The notes beneath the pieces were generated by a model. That model did no database searches and was not told the DNA's origin. It saw only the letters and a program-made list of their open reading frames with translations. DNA of 64,000 bases from the NCBI GenBank assembly GCA_000708835.1, contig DF237221.1:51783-115782 (forward strand), read 5' to 3'. Made by a program: the position numbers and the translations under genes. Shown piece by piece: positions 25,257-37,568 of the stretch. This DNA is from Klebsormidium nitens. Lineage: Eukaryota > Plantae > Klebsormidiophyceae. Within the stretch, counting starts at the first letter, position 1, and each line of letters begins with the position of its first letter.

Positions 25257-28200
25257 ATGGTTGAGTTCCAGATCTTCATTGACCTGGAGAGTGAGGAAGA
25301 CGTAGGCGCTAGTGAGTGGAAGTGCTTTCAGAAATGTTTGTCCTCTGGTTCTTTCCACTTTTGCACTCTAGCCGCTTCGATGCTATTTGATGGCATGCTT
25401 GCTAAGTAGAAGCTAGTAAAGCCAGGTGTCTGAAAGAAAGGGCACGGGGACTGGGTGTGTCAGTCTTCCGTTGACTCCACTTCAAGACTCTGTTACACCC
25501 TTCTGCATTCTAGAATTCTATCCTGATAACTTTGCGACACCGGTCCTAGAAACAATCGCTTGAGAAGTTTGCAAGCGCACATGCTTGTACAGGAGCCATG
25601 CTTAGCACCAGTACCTTGAATGTGTCAAAATTAGTCAACACTTGAAGTGAGACGCAAAATGATGTTGAGAAGACCCGGTTATCAGCGCTGCGCTGGCTGG
25701 ATAGAGCACTTGTATGGTCCTCATCATAACACCAGATTCACTGACAAACCAGCCTGATCATTTGCCAAGTTGCACTAGGCTCAGTGGGTTGGTTCAGCAG
25801 ACCTTTTTCTCTGAGCTGTTCCGCTAATAACAACCTCAAGGATTATTAGGCAACTAACTACTTTGCTGCAAGCAGTCTCTGCAATCTGCAATTGCACTAG
25901 ACGACCTCTTTTTGTATTGAAAGCGTTCTTGACGGTCCCCTACAAAGGACTTTAGTCCAAGGGAACCGTGTGGTCTTGATTAGTGTTGCTTTATATCGAT
26001 AAATACGACGGCATCGTCTCTCCTGCAGAAACAGCAGGTGCTCCTCTCCAACCTTCCGGAAAAACGACTGCCAAGCAGGAGGATGAGGATGATCTGGTCG
26101 AGCTTGATCCCGCCCACTTCAGCAGGAAGGCAAGACCATTTTCATTTTGCTCTCGCTTCTGTTTAATCTACGCGTGTGTCCTGTCAGATCTGCACCTCTC
26201 TTGATGACCGTTTGCCAACAATATCCAGGTGGGGACGTTTTCTATTACCTCGCTATGCTTACATTCGACTCTCTTGTTCAACGAGCAGAGCCCGGAGCCA
26301 CAGAGAAGGGAAGTGTGAATCAACCTTAAACAACGCCCATTGTAATAAGTCAATCAACAGCTCCCCTTGCTCGTGAAAAGCAGGGGGTCATTGCGTCATC
26401 CTGCACAACAGAAACACATGGGTTGGTCGGTCTCCTGAAAAGGTCTCAATCTCTGCCATGCAGCAAAGACGCCATTCTGGCTCAACGATCATCCTCCTGG
26501 AAGATTCTGAAAGTTGCACGACTACCGGAACCGGGACTGGGAACGGAACCTGGAACGGATACGGAAAGGCTTTTGGTGCGGCTGCTCGGACGTCCTCTTT
26601 GGAGGATGACGTGGTGATGCTGGATGAGGCACAGGTCGAGGATCGACACCTGCGGGCAAGTGCTTCATCCAGGAAGACCACTGTCAATCCAGGACCGCGA
26701 GAATTGAATATTCTGCACGAAGGCAAATCGCAGTCCAGTAAGGGTTTCACAGGCTGTCAGTTGTCTGTCCAGCAGACTCACAAAGACCAGTAGGGCATGG
26801 CATAACATCTTGTTATCGACTCGGCAGAAGATCTTCGAAGAAGGCGACCACAGGCACAGACATCAAGGTTCTGGGTGGAATCCTTTCATTTGAAATGTAG
26901 TCACCAGATTCTTTGTGCCAGGAATTTTATGCCGTCTTAGGTTTGTCAGTGGGTCACCTTGCTAATGGGTTCTGCAGCTTCTGAGAACGTCTACCGCGTT
27001 CCCCTTTTAAGTCCCAAGCAGACATTCGATTCATGGACGTAGGCGCTATACTGAGATACTCTGCGGTCACTGAATTTACGTGCCTACCTCCTTGTGCATA
27101 AAAGGTAGATTTGTGCGTCTATGCAGAAGCAGCGCGCAAAGACAGTTGAGCACAACAAGCGCGCACTGATCACTGTGACCAACACAGTCGCGAGCATCGA
27201 GGCCCGCATGAAGGAGGCCCTAGATCAGGCCGCAAAAGTCTCGCAGAGTTCCGTGGCTGAGGGCAGCGCTCCGCTGATAGGAGCGGAAGGAACGGAAAAG
27301 TTGCAGAAAAAGAAGGCTGGGAAGCAGACGGAACGGAGAGGCAAAAGAAAGGCAACGGAAGGTGAAGAGGAACGGCTGCTTGACGGGGAGGGCCACCTGA
27401 CTATTAACCCCGAGCAAAAAGGGACAGCTAGAACTAGGGCGGCGAGTAGCCAAGCAGCACGCGCCGCGTCCGACCAGGCCCCGGTTGAAAAGCCGGTAGC
27501 CCAGAGTTTGGCTCCAAGGAAAGGACAGGCGGCCGCGGGGGCGGGGGCGGCGGGGCGTGGGGGCCGCGTTCCCAAGCCCAAGAAAAAGGCCGCAGCAGGT
27601 CGGAGGGTGAAAGGTGCGCAAGCTTGTAACGTTCTGTCTGAATCAACGGCTGTGAGAACGATTACTGGACCAGTACGGTGTGTTCTCCTGGCGTAAGGAT
27701 GCACATAGCTTTGCTTCTGATATACGTCCCGGTCGCTTTTATAAGACACCGTGTCTGTACCTGAAACATGAAGTTTCTGATGCTTTCTTTCGCATCTCAG
27801 CGGACCGGACTGCAGTCGTACGCCAACGCGTACGAGCATCCAGATCAGTCCGAAAGAGGACTTCAAACGTCAATCTCTTCCGAAACCTGATTGAGTATCC
27901 TTTCCCTCAGGCCTTGCAAAAGATCGTTGTTTTGTATTCTGCTTTACATTTTAGAAGGGTCCCAATATCAGCACTGCCCATACGGTACCTGCAGCGGTGC
28001 TCCCCCGCATCCCAGCCGGTCCGAACTGGATCAACGCGTACGGACGTCCGGAGCCTTCCGAGGAGGCCATTCTGGACGCGACCAAGCAGCTGTTTGCGGC
28101 TCTGGGCGGCCGGTTGGCGTTTCTGCCCAAGGGCGACGCCGAACACAATACAATCATGGCCTCACACTTAGCAGCTACCGGGGTGAGGCGTCACTGAGGG

Positions 28201-30258
28201 TTTTGAGTATCAAGTTTTTGGGGTTTAGCATTCTATCGGTTGATATCTGATGTGAATGAGGCAGTCAGTGCTCAAGTTTTTGAAGCCTTTGATTAAAACA
28301 GCTTCCCACTGGATGGGGGCGGTCCCTAGATTTCTGCACGGTTCGTCCGACCTGTCTTCCTGACCTGCTTCCACTCTTAGCTCATTGCCAAAGTTTGGCT
28401 CGATGCGCACCATTTGGACCTTTCCGTTGAACTGACTGCCTTTCTAAAAGCAGAAATGCTGCGCGTTTTGACACCATCAAACAGTGCAAAAAGCAGGCGC
28501 CGTAGACGTTCTCGCGGTCTGCATTTCGAAGCAAGCTCTCTGTGTGTCAAGGTCCCCATCGTGGCCATCCACAAAGTGGTACACGGGCCGGCTCGCCTGG
28601 CCGCTTTCGAAGAGGAGGCGCGCGCGCTTGAGCTGGTGCGCAAGGGGGGCGCAAACGTGCAGGTAATAAAATCCTCCATCCTGTTTCAGTGGCGTTGGAC
28701 ATACAGCTGCTTGCATCAAACTTGAGATTGAGTTCCGATTCCTCCGAGCCTCCGAGCATGGTTCCTGATCTTGAGCCGTTGATGCGTTCCTGGCCAATCG
28801 GACGGTTCAAGATAAAAAACATGCTCGAAGCACTTGTAGCCCGATGACACAAAGAGCTGTAGTAAGCTTGCCAGCCTCAGACGGGTGCAGTTTTCTTGGG
28901 GTTTAGGTGGGTTCGAGCGCGCAGCGAGTGAATTTGAGGTTCGGATTTTAGGATTGGGCTACCAGCTTACTACGTATCACTAGTGCTTGTTTCTTCAGAA
29001 TCGGAGAGATGCCGTGCAGGTTTGCTGGCACGGCACCAGCGAGGAAGCCCTGCTGTCAATTCTCAAGACGGGCTTTACCGCGAGCCGGACCGTGAACGGC
29101 AAGTCGGCAGGAAACGGGCTCTACATGGCGCCGACGCATGCACCAACCACCAGCATGTGAGCACGCCTAACGTGCCCATTTCTGTATCTATGTTAGCCCC
29201 CCACCCTTCCTCCGTCCCTTATCTTTCTATTTAAAAGCAGTCTCGTCGCTTTTCCTTTCCGCTTCGTTACTTCCTACCCCCCTCCCTGATCTATTTGAAG
29301 GCTTTCGAGGTCCAAGATCTGAATTCCTTGAGGTTTTAAAGCTTTGCGACTTGAAGAGTTTTGCCCTTATCCAGGAGAATTGATTTTCTGTCAATGAGGA
29401 GAAGCTTCTGACGGTCGCGCTGCGTGCCCTCGCATGGGGCTGGTTCAAGTATCTCTCTTTTGAAAGAGGGCCTTAATCTGGCGGAGAAGGTCCGTATGAG
29501 TGTTTGAATTGGTAGGAGCGTGCGTTTGAGCGGCTAGATAAACTTGTTTCATTTGGTTGGCTGCTCGCAAACATGTTTGAACGCGAGTTTGTTGAGGCGA
29601 GACATTCTCATGACCCGCACTTTTGCCCTTGGTTTGGCCTGCGTCTGAAACGTATCATGGATTTCGAAAAACAACACTAGAAGAGCCGCGGGGGATTCCG
29701 AAAGGGCTCATTCTCATCAGTAGCCATAGTAGTTACGAGTTTGCTGCCCCAGATTCTGATCACCAGACGACATTTTTGGCAGAATTTCTCCAGCACACCG
29801 ACATTTTACTTGCGCTCTCCACCGTTTCACTCAAATTTCTACTTAAAGTCAGCAAGTACGGTCAATTACCCTGACCTGTGCTCACACACATAAAAAACTC
29901 AATTCTGAGATGTTCCGCACCCTGAATCCCTAGATCTGTCGTACCCGTCTCCCGGGCAGTGAAACAACTCAGCTTAGCAGAACCCATTCTCAAACCGGTA
30001 CGTACCTCCGTCAGAGGTTACACTGGCGGTGGTGACGGCCACGTGGGCCACATGTTCCTCCTGCGGGTGATCCTGGGTGGCGTCGAGGTGGGGTACGCGG
30101 GGATGGACCTCCCAAGCGATCCGGATTTGTACGACTCTGCTGTGGACCATTTGGAGGACCCAAGCGAGAGAGTCGTTTGGACGCCCTATCTGTACTCCAG
30201 GATCCTTATCGAGTACGTGATCAGCTTCAAAGTGGATCACGGTGGTGTGTGGTTCTAG
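25257..30258 (+). CDS. PARP-fold ADP-ribosyltransferase-like protein (RCD1/SRO-like catalytic domain), paralog A; well-supported exons 27127-27613, 27995-28182, 28552-28662, 29020-29156, 30015-30258; N-terminal exons approximate
   Basis: Phase-consistent splicing gives ARLAAFEEEARALELVRKGGANVQ|VCWHGTSEEALLSILKTGF...GNGLYMAP...TSIGY...HMFLLRVILG...YDSAVDHLEDPSERVVW...ILIEYVISFK. Confidence 0.8.
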
Positions 30259-31188
30259 AACGACGATATCCACATGAGAATATCTGGGTATTCAGAGCTT
30301 CTACAAATCATGTAAGCGGCTTGCAGCTGGCATGCCAGGGGGTAACTCGTTGGCTTTCCGACGTGTAAGAGATACGTGTTTCGGTAAAAGGCACTATGAT
30401 CGCCAGGCTGCTGATGGTAGCAACACGTGTGCATTCAAATTTCGGGTTATGTACTACCTGTCGAACACGGACATGACACTTGACACGGATGTAATCCAAG
30501 TATTATCATATCGCCATGGAAGTTACTCAATTGCAAGTTGTGCAGACGTCGGGCCCCTTGCGAATTTACATTCTATTTCTAGTCTAATAAAGGCTGCCCT
30601 ATTAAGGTCTTAGCGCCACTATCATTGCAATCGTGAGCATGCCTGGGAGACTCGTGCAATGTCTATGCAGCTTGCTTTGACTACTGGCACCTGATTGTAA
30701 TCTTTCCAAACCGATATTGTAAAACTGTGATACGGATGTGAAAAGACTGAAGCACATGCGGTTTTGACTATATCGGAACTATGGGTGATGCATGAGATTG
30801 GTCCATTTGTGAAGATGGAAACATTCGGCTGATTCTAACTTCATTGGGGCATGCCTCGGACTTGTTGGCATGCTTGAGTTGGGAAACGGATCTGGCATTT
30901 GTAATTGGGGTAGGATCTTGCACGACGAGGCATTAGGCAACGGGGAACTTGACTCGACGACGGCAGGAACACATCAAATCTACATGTATTCAAATATGCA
31001 TCTGCTTGCCATTTTAAGTTGATACTCTAATTCCAAAAGGAGTGAAACGCGTGAGAATAACATCACGCTCCTCAAATGAGATGTGCTCACGATTTTGTAC
31101 TACTAGATTGGTCGAACTTCATTTCACATTTTGACTCAAAAGTCAAGCTGCTCAAAGGTGTTGTTCATGCCACCCGTCGCTCTCCCTT

Positions 31189-34100
31189 TCAAATCCCAAC
31201 CCTGGGTCGAAAGCTGATCACATACTCGATCAGAATTCTGGAGTACAGGTATGGGGTCCACACAATGATCTCGCTTGGGCTTTGAACATAGTTTGCTGCG
31301 GAGTCGTACAGGTCCGGGTTGCTGGGGAGGTCCGTCCCCGCTTGCCCCTGCTCAACGCCGCCCAAAATAACCCGCAGAAGAAACATGTGGCTCACGCCCG
31401 ATGCGCCGGCTCGGGCGTAGCCCCTGACAAGAAAAGTCACGTGTTCGGTCGGACGCAAGAAACTGACAAGAATTTGAAACTGACGACTCGATGTGAAGGC
31501 AAAACGATCATGGTGAACCGGCTTCGATCTTTGCGTCTTCTAAGAAAGAACGATGGTGGATGGGGCAACCAAGTGACTTCATCCACTTCGCGCTAAAATG
31601 GACTCAAGCGGACAACATGCAATTCTAATGGCTTCCCATATAGTAAAGCATGTCATGTTGTAACGCAAGCACAATCTCTGCTTACATGCTCGTGCCAGCC
31701 TGATTCCCGGGAGCCATGTACAATCCGTTCCCGTGCGACTTCCCGTGCACGGTTCTGCTCGCCGTGAATCCCGTCTTGAGGATCGATAGCAGGGCGTCTT
31801 CGGATGTCCCGTGCCAGCATTGCTGCACGTTTGCACCGCTCGGGCGCACCTGCGAGAATAGAAGAGGGCGTCAGATTTCAAGATCATCTAAGTTGAGAGG
31901 GCAAGTAATCTCGGACGGACTACTGTGTGTCGGCGTAGAGCGCCGTAATCCAACTTGGAGTTTAACCGCTTCAAACCGCAACCGAGCACGAACGCACTAT
32001 TTGAAGCACCCGTCTGAGGCTGGCGACACCTAACGCTCCTGAGGCTTATTTCTTTAAGCATGAGTGACCAACAGCTGGTCACGTCAAACCTGGAGCGGTT
32101 GCCGCTCCGTTCTCTCTTAGCAATCCGGCACTCAGCTTCTCGAAAACAAGTCAGACACCCTTGAAGACCCTCAAGAAACCGCTTAGCATGCGCGAGACAC
32201 AGGGTTTGAAGCACATCATAATTCGCTCAACAAGGTTCAAACATGACCTTGTACTCGACAGCAACTACAGTAATCAGACCAAGTCCTTAAGGCAAACGTA
32301 GAGGTGATACCAAATCCTGACGGAGCTTTAAGGCCCATTCCGCGAAATGTCCGCCGTAACCCACGTACAGCTAACGCACCGAGCCGACCTCACCAAAGTC
32401 AGTCCCGCCTTCCCGGTAAACCCAGGGGGCAGTGACGGCTTCATTCGTCAAGTTGTCCAGATATCGTCTAGCCCCACCGCCAGACATGGGTGATCAATTC
32501 GAAAAGCTTTCTGAACGGACTGACGACGTGGCAGTCAAAGGTAGAAGGGTTACAGATTCCAACCTGCGCGAGCGTGCGCGCCTCCTCCTCAAAGGCGGCC
32601 AGGCGCGCGGGGCCGTTGAGCACCTTGTGGATGGCCACGATGGGAACCTGTGGACACAACAACTTCGATGCAGAATTGAGTGCCGGTGTTCTACGAGAAG
32701 CGCTTCAAGAAAAGTCCCTCATAAGTTTGCAGTCTGACAGCGCACCACAATCTTTGCCAATTTCTGACAGCGAAGCCGTAAACGTTGATGCCTCGTGAGT
32801 ACGCGATGAAGTAATGAGCCTGCGGAATGATAACCTGCGCCGATTTGTTAGGACGTTACCACCCAAAACAACGAACGTTCAGGTGTCCATTTAGGTAGAA
32901 ACAAAGGTCTTTGGTCTACGTTACGATTGATGGGTAATCCATTGTTTCTAGACGATTGTCCTCCGAAGCACAACGCTCAGAACTTCGACCCTTCTGAGCT
33001 CTCCAAACCCAGGCAGACTCCTTACCCCGGTGTTCGCCAGCAAGGCCATGACTTTCTTGTGGTCGGAGTCGCTCTTGGGCAGAAAGGCCACCCGCTTGTC
33101 AAGCGCGCCAAACATTTTCTTGGTCGCTGCGAGGACCGCTTTCTCAGAGGGGCCGGTGCGAACCGGCTGGTGGGGTATGGGGACCGGGATCGCGGCGGCT
33201 GCAAGTGGCACACGGAGGCTGTGATGACTGGAAAAAAGTCGCACAAGCAAGCTTTAAGACACAAATAGAGGCGATCTGAGAACTGTCACTGAACTGCGAG
33301 GAATTCTGGACTAAGATTTGAGTAGACATTGGCGGTTATTTCTTAAAACGTTTCGGTAACCAACTGCCTAGTTTGCGGGCAAGCTAGTCGCTCCCGATTC
33401 GTCAGCTCCACGGCTTGAGAGATTTGAATGGACGGGTGCGTCGCTACGGAAGAAGTCTCAAAGTCAGCGAAACGTCACAAAGTCTTACACTTCGGCATCA
33501 TAGTAATCGGGACGCTAGGAACAGCCGCTGGAGTACTTCGGGGCTCCTTCACGACTTTGTGAAAAATCAAAGATAAGACCAAAGAGATCAACAGCTTCGA
33601 CTGCACATGGCGCACACACACAACGCGGTCCCGAACACGCGCGAGCGCGCACCTTTCCTTGCCGGGGCCTTGGCCCCTGCCGCGGCCGCCCTCCCTTTCG
33701 CCCGCGGCGGAGCGGCTGGCGGCGTTAGCCCCATTCCCTGCGCGATCCCGGCCGCGATTGCCGCCTGAATGGAAGCCCGGAGCGCGGTTAGCCCGGAAAC
33801 CGACTTCGAGGGATCCCTCTGCTTCGTTGTTCTCTTCTTTCTCTTCGGAGCGGCCTTCCCCTCATCGGCTCGAACCTTCTGGGCAGCCGGCTGTTTGGTT
33901 CCAGCAATTGTTTTTTCCCCGCGCATACCCGGCTCTTCCGCGCGTGCACCCGCTTCGTCTCCCCGGGCGGCAGGAGGGCCCGCGCGCGCGCGCGCCTTGG
34001 CTCGCGTGGTCCGCTTTTCCGCCGGGTGCGCATCGGGCTCCGCTTCCGAGTTTCCTTCGTCACCCGGCAGCCAGTCGTCATCATCCGTCGCCTTCCGCTT

Positions 34101-35942
34101 CCGCTTCTTCCGTTTCTCGTTTCCAGTCCCCCGGCCGCTCTTCACGGTTGCCGCTGCTCCAGTGTTCCGCTGCTCCGTTGGTCCGTTGTTGTTCCGTTCT
34201 GCAGCCGGCGCCGGCGGGGAGCCCACTGTACCGGACGCGAGCGTCTGCGCGTCACGAACTCTCTCCTTCACAGCCTTTTGTTTCCGACTTTTAGTAATGG
34301 GCTCCGCTGCTTCCGCTGCCGGAATGAGCGGAGTGCGGGCCGTTCCGGCGGAATAGTCCGCGCTCCGGCCCCTGTGGGAGTGAAGCGATTTGGCAGTGTC
34401 TTGGGCTCTCTTCATTCGGGCCTCGATGCTCGCAAAGGTGTTGGTGACGGTAGCCAAAGCGTGCTTGTTTTGCTCGATGGTCACCGCGTTCAGCTTCTGC
34501 ATTGCAAAGCAAGGATAAGATAATAATCCTGCCAGGTAGACACTTTCACACTTGTTGGAGTACAGCTTGAAAGATGCAATACAAGTGATTGCACATCAGG
34601 ATTGGCGTTTCAAGACCCGCAACTGGGAGCGCCCGCAGACGAGGCTGCCTTTGTTACTGCAAACTTGCCAAAGATAACAGATTCGAGTATTTGAGCAACT
34701 GTTTTGCGCGATCAGAGAGAAAGGTCCCAACAGGGGCTGGTTGACAGATCTGAGCAACACGGCGAGAGGGCTTCTTACAAGTCAACACCTTGCACAAGGC
34801 AACACCTCAAAAGATCCTTTCATCAAAAGTAACCAAAATTGCTCATTGCAGTCGCGTATGAAAACCCTTGGAGACCCACCAAGGCCCTTGAAGCGGCGCG
34901 CTTTTCCTTGAATATGGTCCCGCTCGTTTATTCAAGTTCGAGATTGACGCATGAGACTACGGTGAGTGCACAATGGTACAGAAAAGAAGAGAAAAGCAGA
35001 CGCAGTTTAGGTCACGTGTCCTGGCTGAATCCAATCAAAGCGCCTTGTAAGAAAGTAAAGGGTCCAAAGCTGAGCACTCTCACCTGTTGTTGCTGCTCCA
35101 TATACTGCTCGTAATCCAGCACCAATACTTCCTCGTCTTGCTCAGAGGCAACATTGAATTCAGCCTGTTGTGCCCCGTCATCCGATGCTTCGTGGGCACT
35201 GCTGGCTGCTTCGGGCAAGAAACATCCATCAGTAAGTTCTGCACGACCCAAAAGGATCAAGTAACATTTTGGCTTCAGAAGGTCTTCGATCGCTGAATGC
35301 AGCGAGTGGCGCTTTCCTAGGTGTCATTGCAGCGGCTTGCCATCCAGGCGCTTACAGTCACGCGGCAGTCAGAGTGTCTCTCTTTGACGTTAAAAAGCGT
35401 ACACCTAACTGCCCAAGCATCATTCGTGGTGCCTTCGTGACATCTTCCGGTTTTGGTGACAATGGGCATATAGTTCAGAGATTTTAAAGAGGATCTGGAG
35501 GATCCTGCACCCTCCATCCGCACGACGTTGAGCAGTCTCTGCTTCCTGTCCTTTGGAGGACGTCTGCTGGAATAGAATGTCCATGGCGCAAGCCTGTCCC
35601 AAGCTGGTTCTGGGAGTCCACTGAGTTCAAAAGCGCTGATATCAGCATAAGGCAGGCTACCCGAGGTGATTAAGGCTTTCCTTCTATGCTCTCTCAGCCG
35701 GTGATTATGTGCTTGGATCTGGACACATTCCCCAGTAAACAGGCCGTGTAGGTATCTGCTGCACCTTCTCTGAGAACCAGCAAGAAATTGACAACGCAAG
35801 ACCTTGAGTGTCTGGAGTCTGTATCCACTTTGAAAAGCTGGCTGACGCTGAAACATAATCCGTCGTCACATGCCTTACCTTCAGCTTCCTCGTCGCTGTC
35901 CAGATCAATGAAGACCGACTGCATCGCTGTCTGGGGCCCCAT
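31189..35942 (-). CDS. PARP-fold ADP-ribosyltransferase-like protein (RCD1/SRO-like), paralog B; exons 34495-33651, 33198-33026, 32647-32564, 31849-31686, 31423-31189; N-terminal exons approximate
   Basis: Exon-by-exon homologous to paralog A: GANVQQCWHGTSEDALLSILKTGF...GNGLYMAP...TSMGY...HMFLLRVILG...YDSAANYVQSPSEIIVW...ILIEYVISFR. Confidence 0.8.
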
Positions 35943-37568
35943 TGGTGCTTCTTTTGACAGCACAAGGGGCTGTAACTACCTAGTGCTGGAGCTCACCTAC
36001 CCCTGCAACAGATCAGCGATTACCCATCTTCACGCGTGACACATTGCTTCTGCATCATACTTTTCTAGCCAGGAAGTGAGACACTTGGATATCAGATGGA
36101 GAGTCAAAGACAAGGTAAGCAACTGTCCTGAGATGCTGTCCTGGCCTGAAGTCACCGTAAGCAATCATTTCTGAGACGCTGGTCCTACTGTGCGAGCTCA
36201 AAGGGTGTCAATGGCTGCTTTTTACTATATCATCTTGCTGAAATCAGAGCCAAAGGCATCACAAAAGACTGAAAGATTCTGGAACGAAAAATCCAGTGTT
36301 ACCTTACCGTGAGGAAGAGCTTCCATTCTCTATTGCATTCCCTTCCGCCTGCTCACTGGTCGCAAGCTTGCAGAAGCTGACTGCTGATCCAAGGCAAGCT
36401 CCGCTGAAACACCAGGAACACCCGTAACATCTTTTGAAACAGTACTGTGGCTGTCGGACCTCGCGAGGATAAGCTCATGCATGATGACGAATCGACGCGC
36501 TTCAATCCGCGGCCGCGCGCAATTCGAGAAACTGACCGTTGCCCCCAAGGTTTCGGGTTTGCAGGTTTCTGATCACGTGGCTGAACTTATGATCGGTCGG
36601 CCTTAAGCGCGGCCTGCTCCGGCCCGCGGGCGCGCCACACCGTGCATCCGGCCGATGACCACCTTAGTATCACTTGATTGCAAAATGCACCCGCGTGTCC
36701 CTAATTGTTTTGTTGCGTGATCGAGCAAATCATTCGCACATGACATTCTATCATATGGCTCTCGTCGGCCGTCAAAGTTGTCGCTCAATTTCATTGTCTC
36801 GTGAGAGCGGTCTAGTGTATGGGAGTGGTCATATCTGTGAAAGGGGCCAGGCCGGTTCTGGGCAAAAGCCGTATACACATCCGTATATACGCATACGCAT
36901 TGTGTCTCAAAGGCTAGGCGCAAGCATACTCACGCATGTACAACGGAGCAAGATCGAACTTCATCCGACGTACGTGCTGGATGGTAATAACGCATTATTT
37001 GCTTGCTAGGCGCCTCGGCATGTACACTTGTGATATATAGTCAGTCCGCAAGCTTAAGCGCTGACTCGGAAGAGATAAAAATCTAATCCACCGTCTGTTG
37101 TTCATACTTGTCACCTCTCGCAGGGGGATCACGGGGCCTGACATGCTTATACCCGTTCGGACATCCGGCTGACGACAGAAAGTCGACGAAAACTAGACGC
37201 CGTATCACAGCTATAATTGCAGGGTTGTTTGGAAAAAGCGTTCCATGACCTGGTTCAGCCTGGTCAACCTACAATATGCTTGTGTCAAGAATAAAGCGCT
37301 TCTATGCATACTCTAAGCTATGTACTAAACGACTGTGTGCTTACGCACGAAACCGTTTGAACCGTGTGTCTGGACCAAAGTACGCCGATCCCTTTCCAAC
37401 GTTCTGGGTCGTTCCTTTTGGCGTGACGTCTGACGTACCGGCCTTCGTCGGACCAAAGTTATTTTATGACCATGTGATCAAAAGCATAAATTGAACAGCT
37501 CTTGATCGAACACACGAAGAGCCGGGCGTTTGACTATTTGTAAGGTTTCTTCTTAGGTCCGAGGCAGC

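Noticed and set aside
26127-26135. Possible GC-AG donor (AAG|GCAAGA) in PARP-like A
   Set aside because: The N-terminal exon structure is too uncertain to support it without transcripts.
27225-27866. Long minus-strand ORFs here, and plus-strand ORFs at 33659-34523
   Set aside because: Antisense shadows of GC-rich low-complexity exons of the PARP-like genes.
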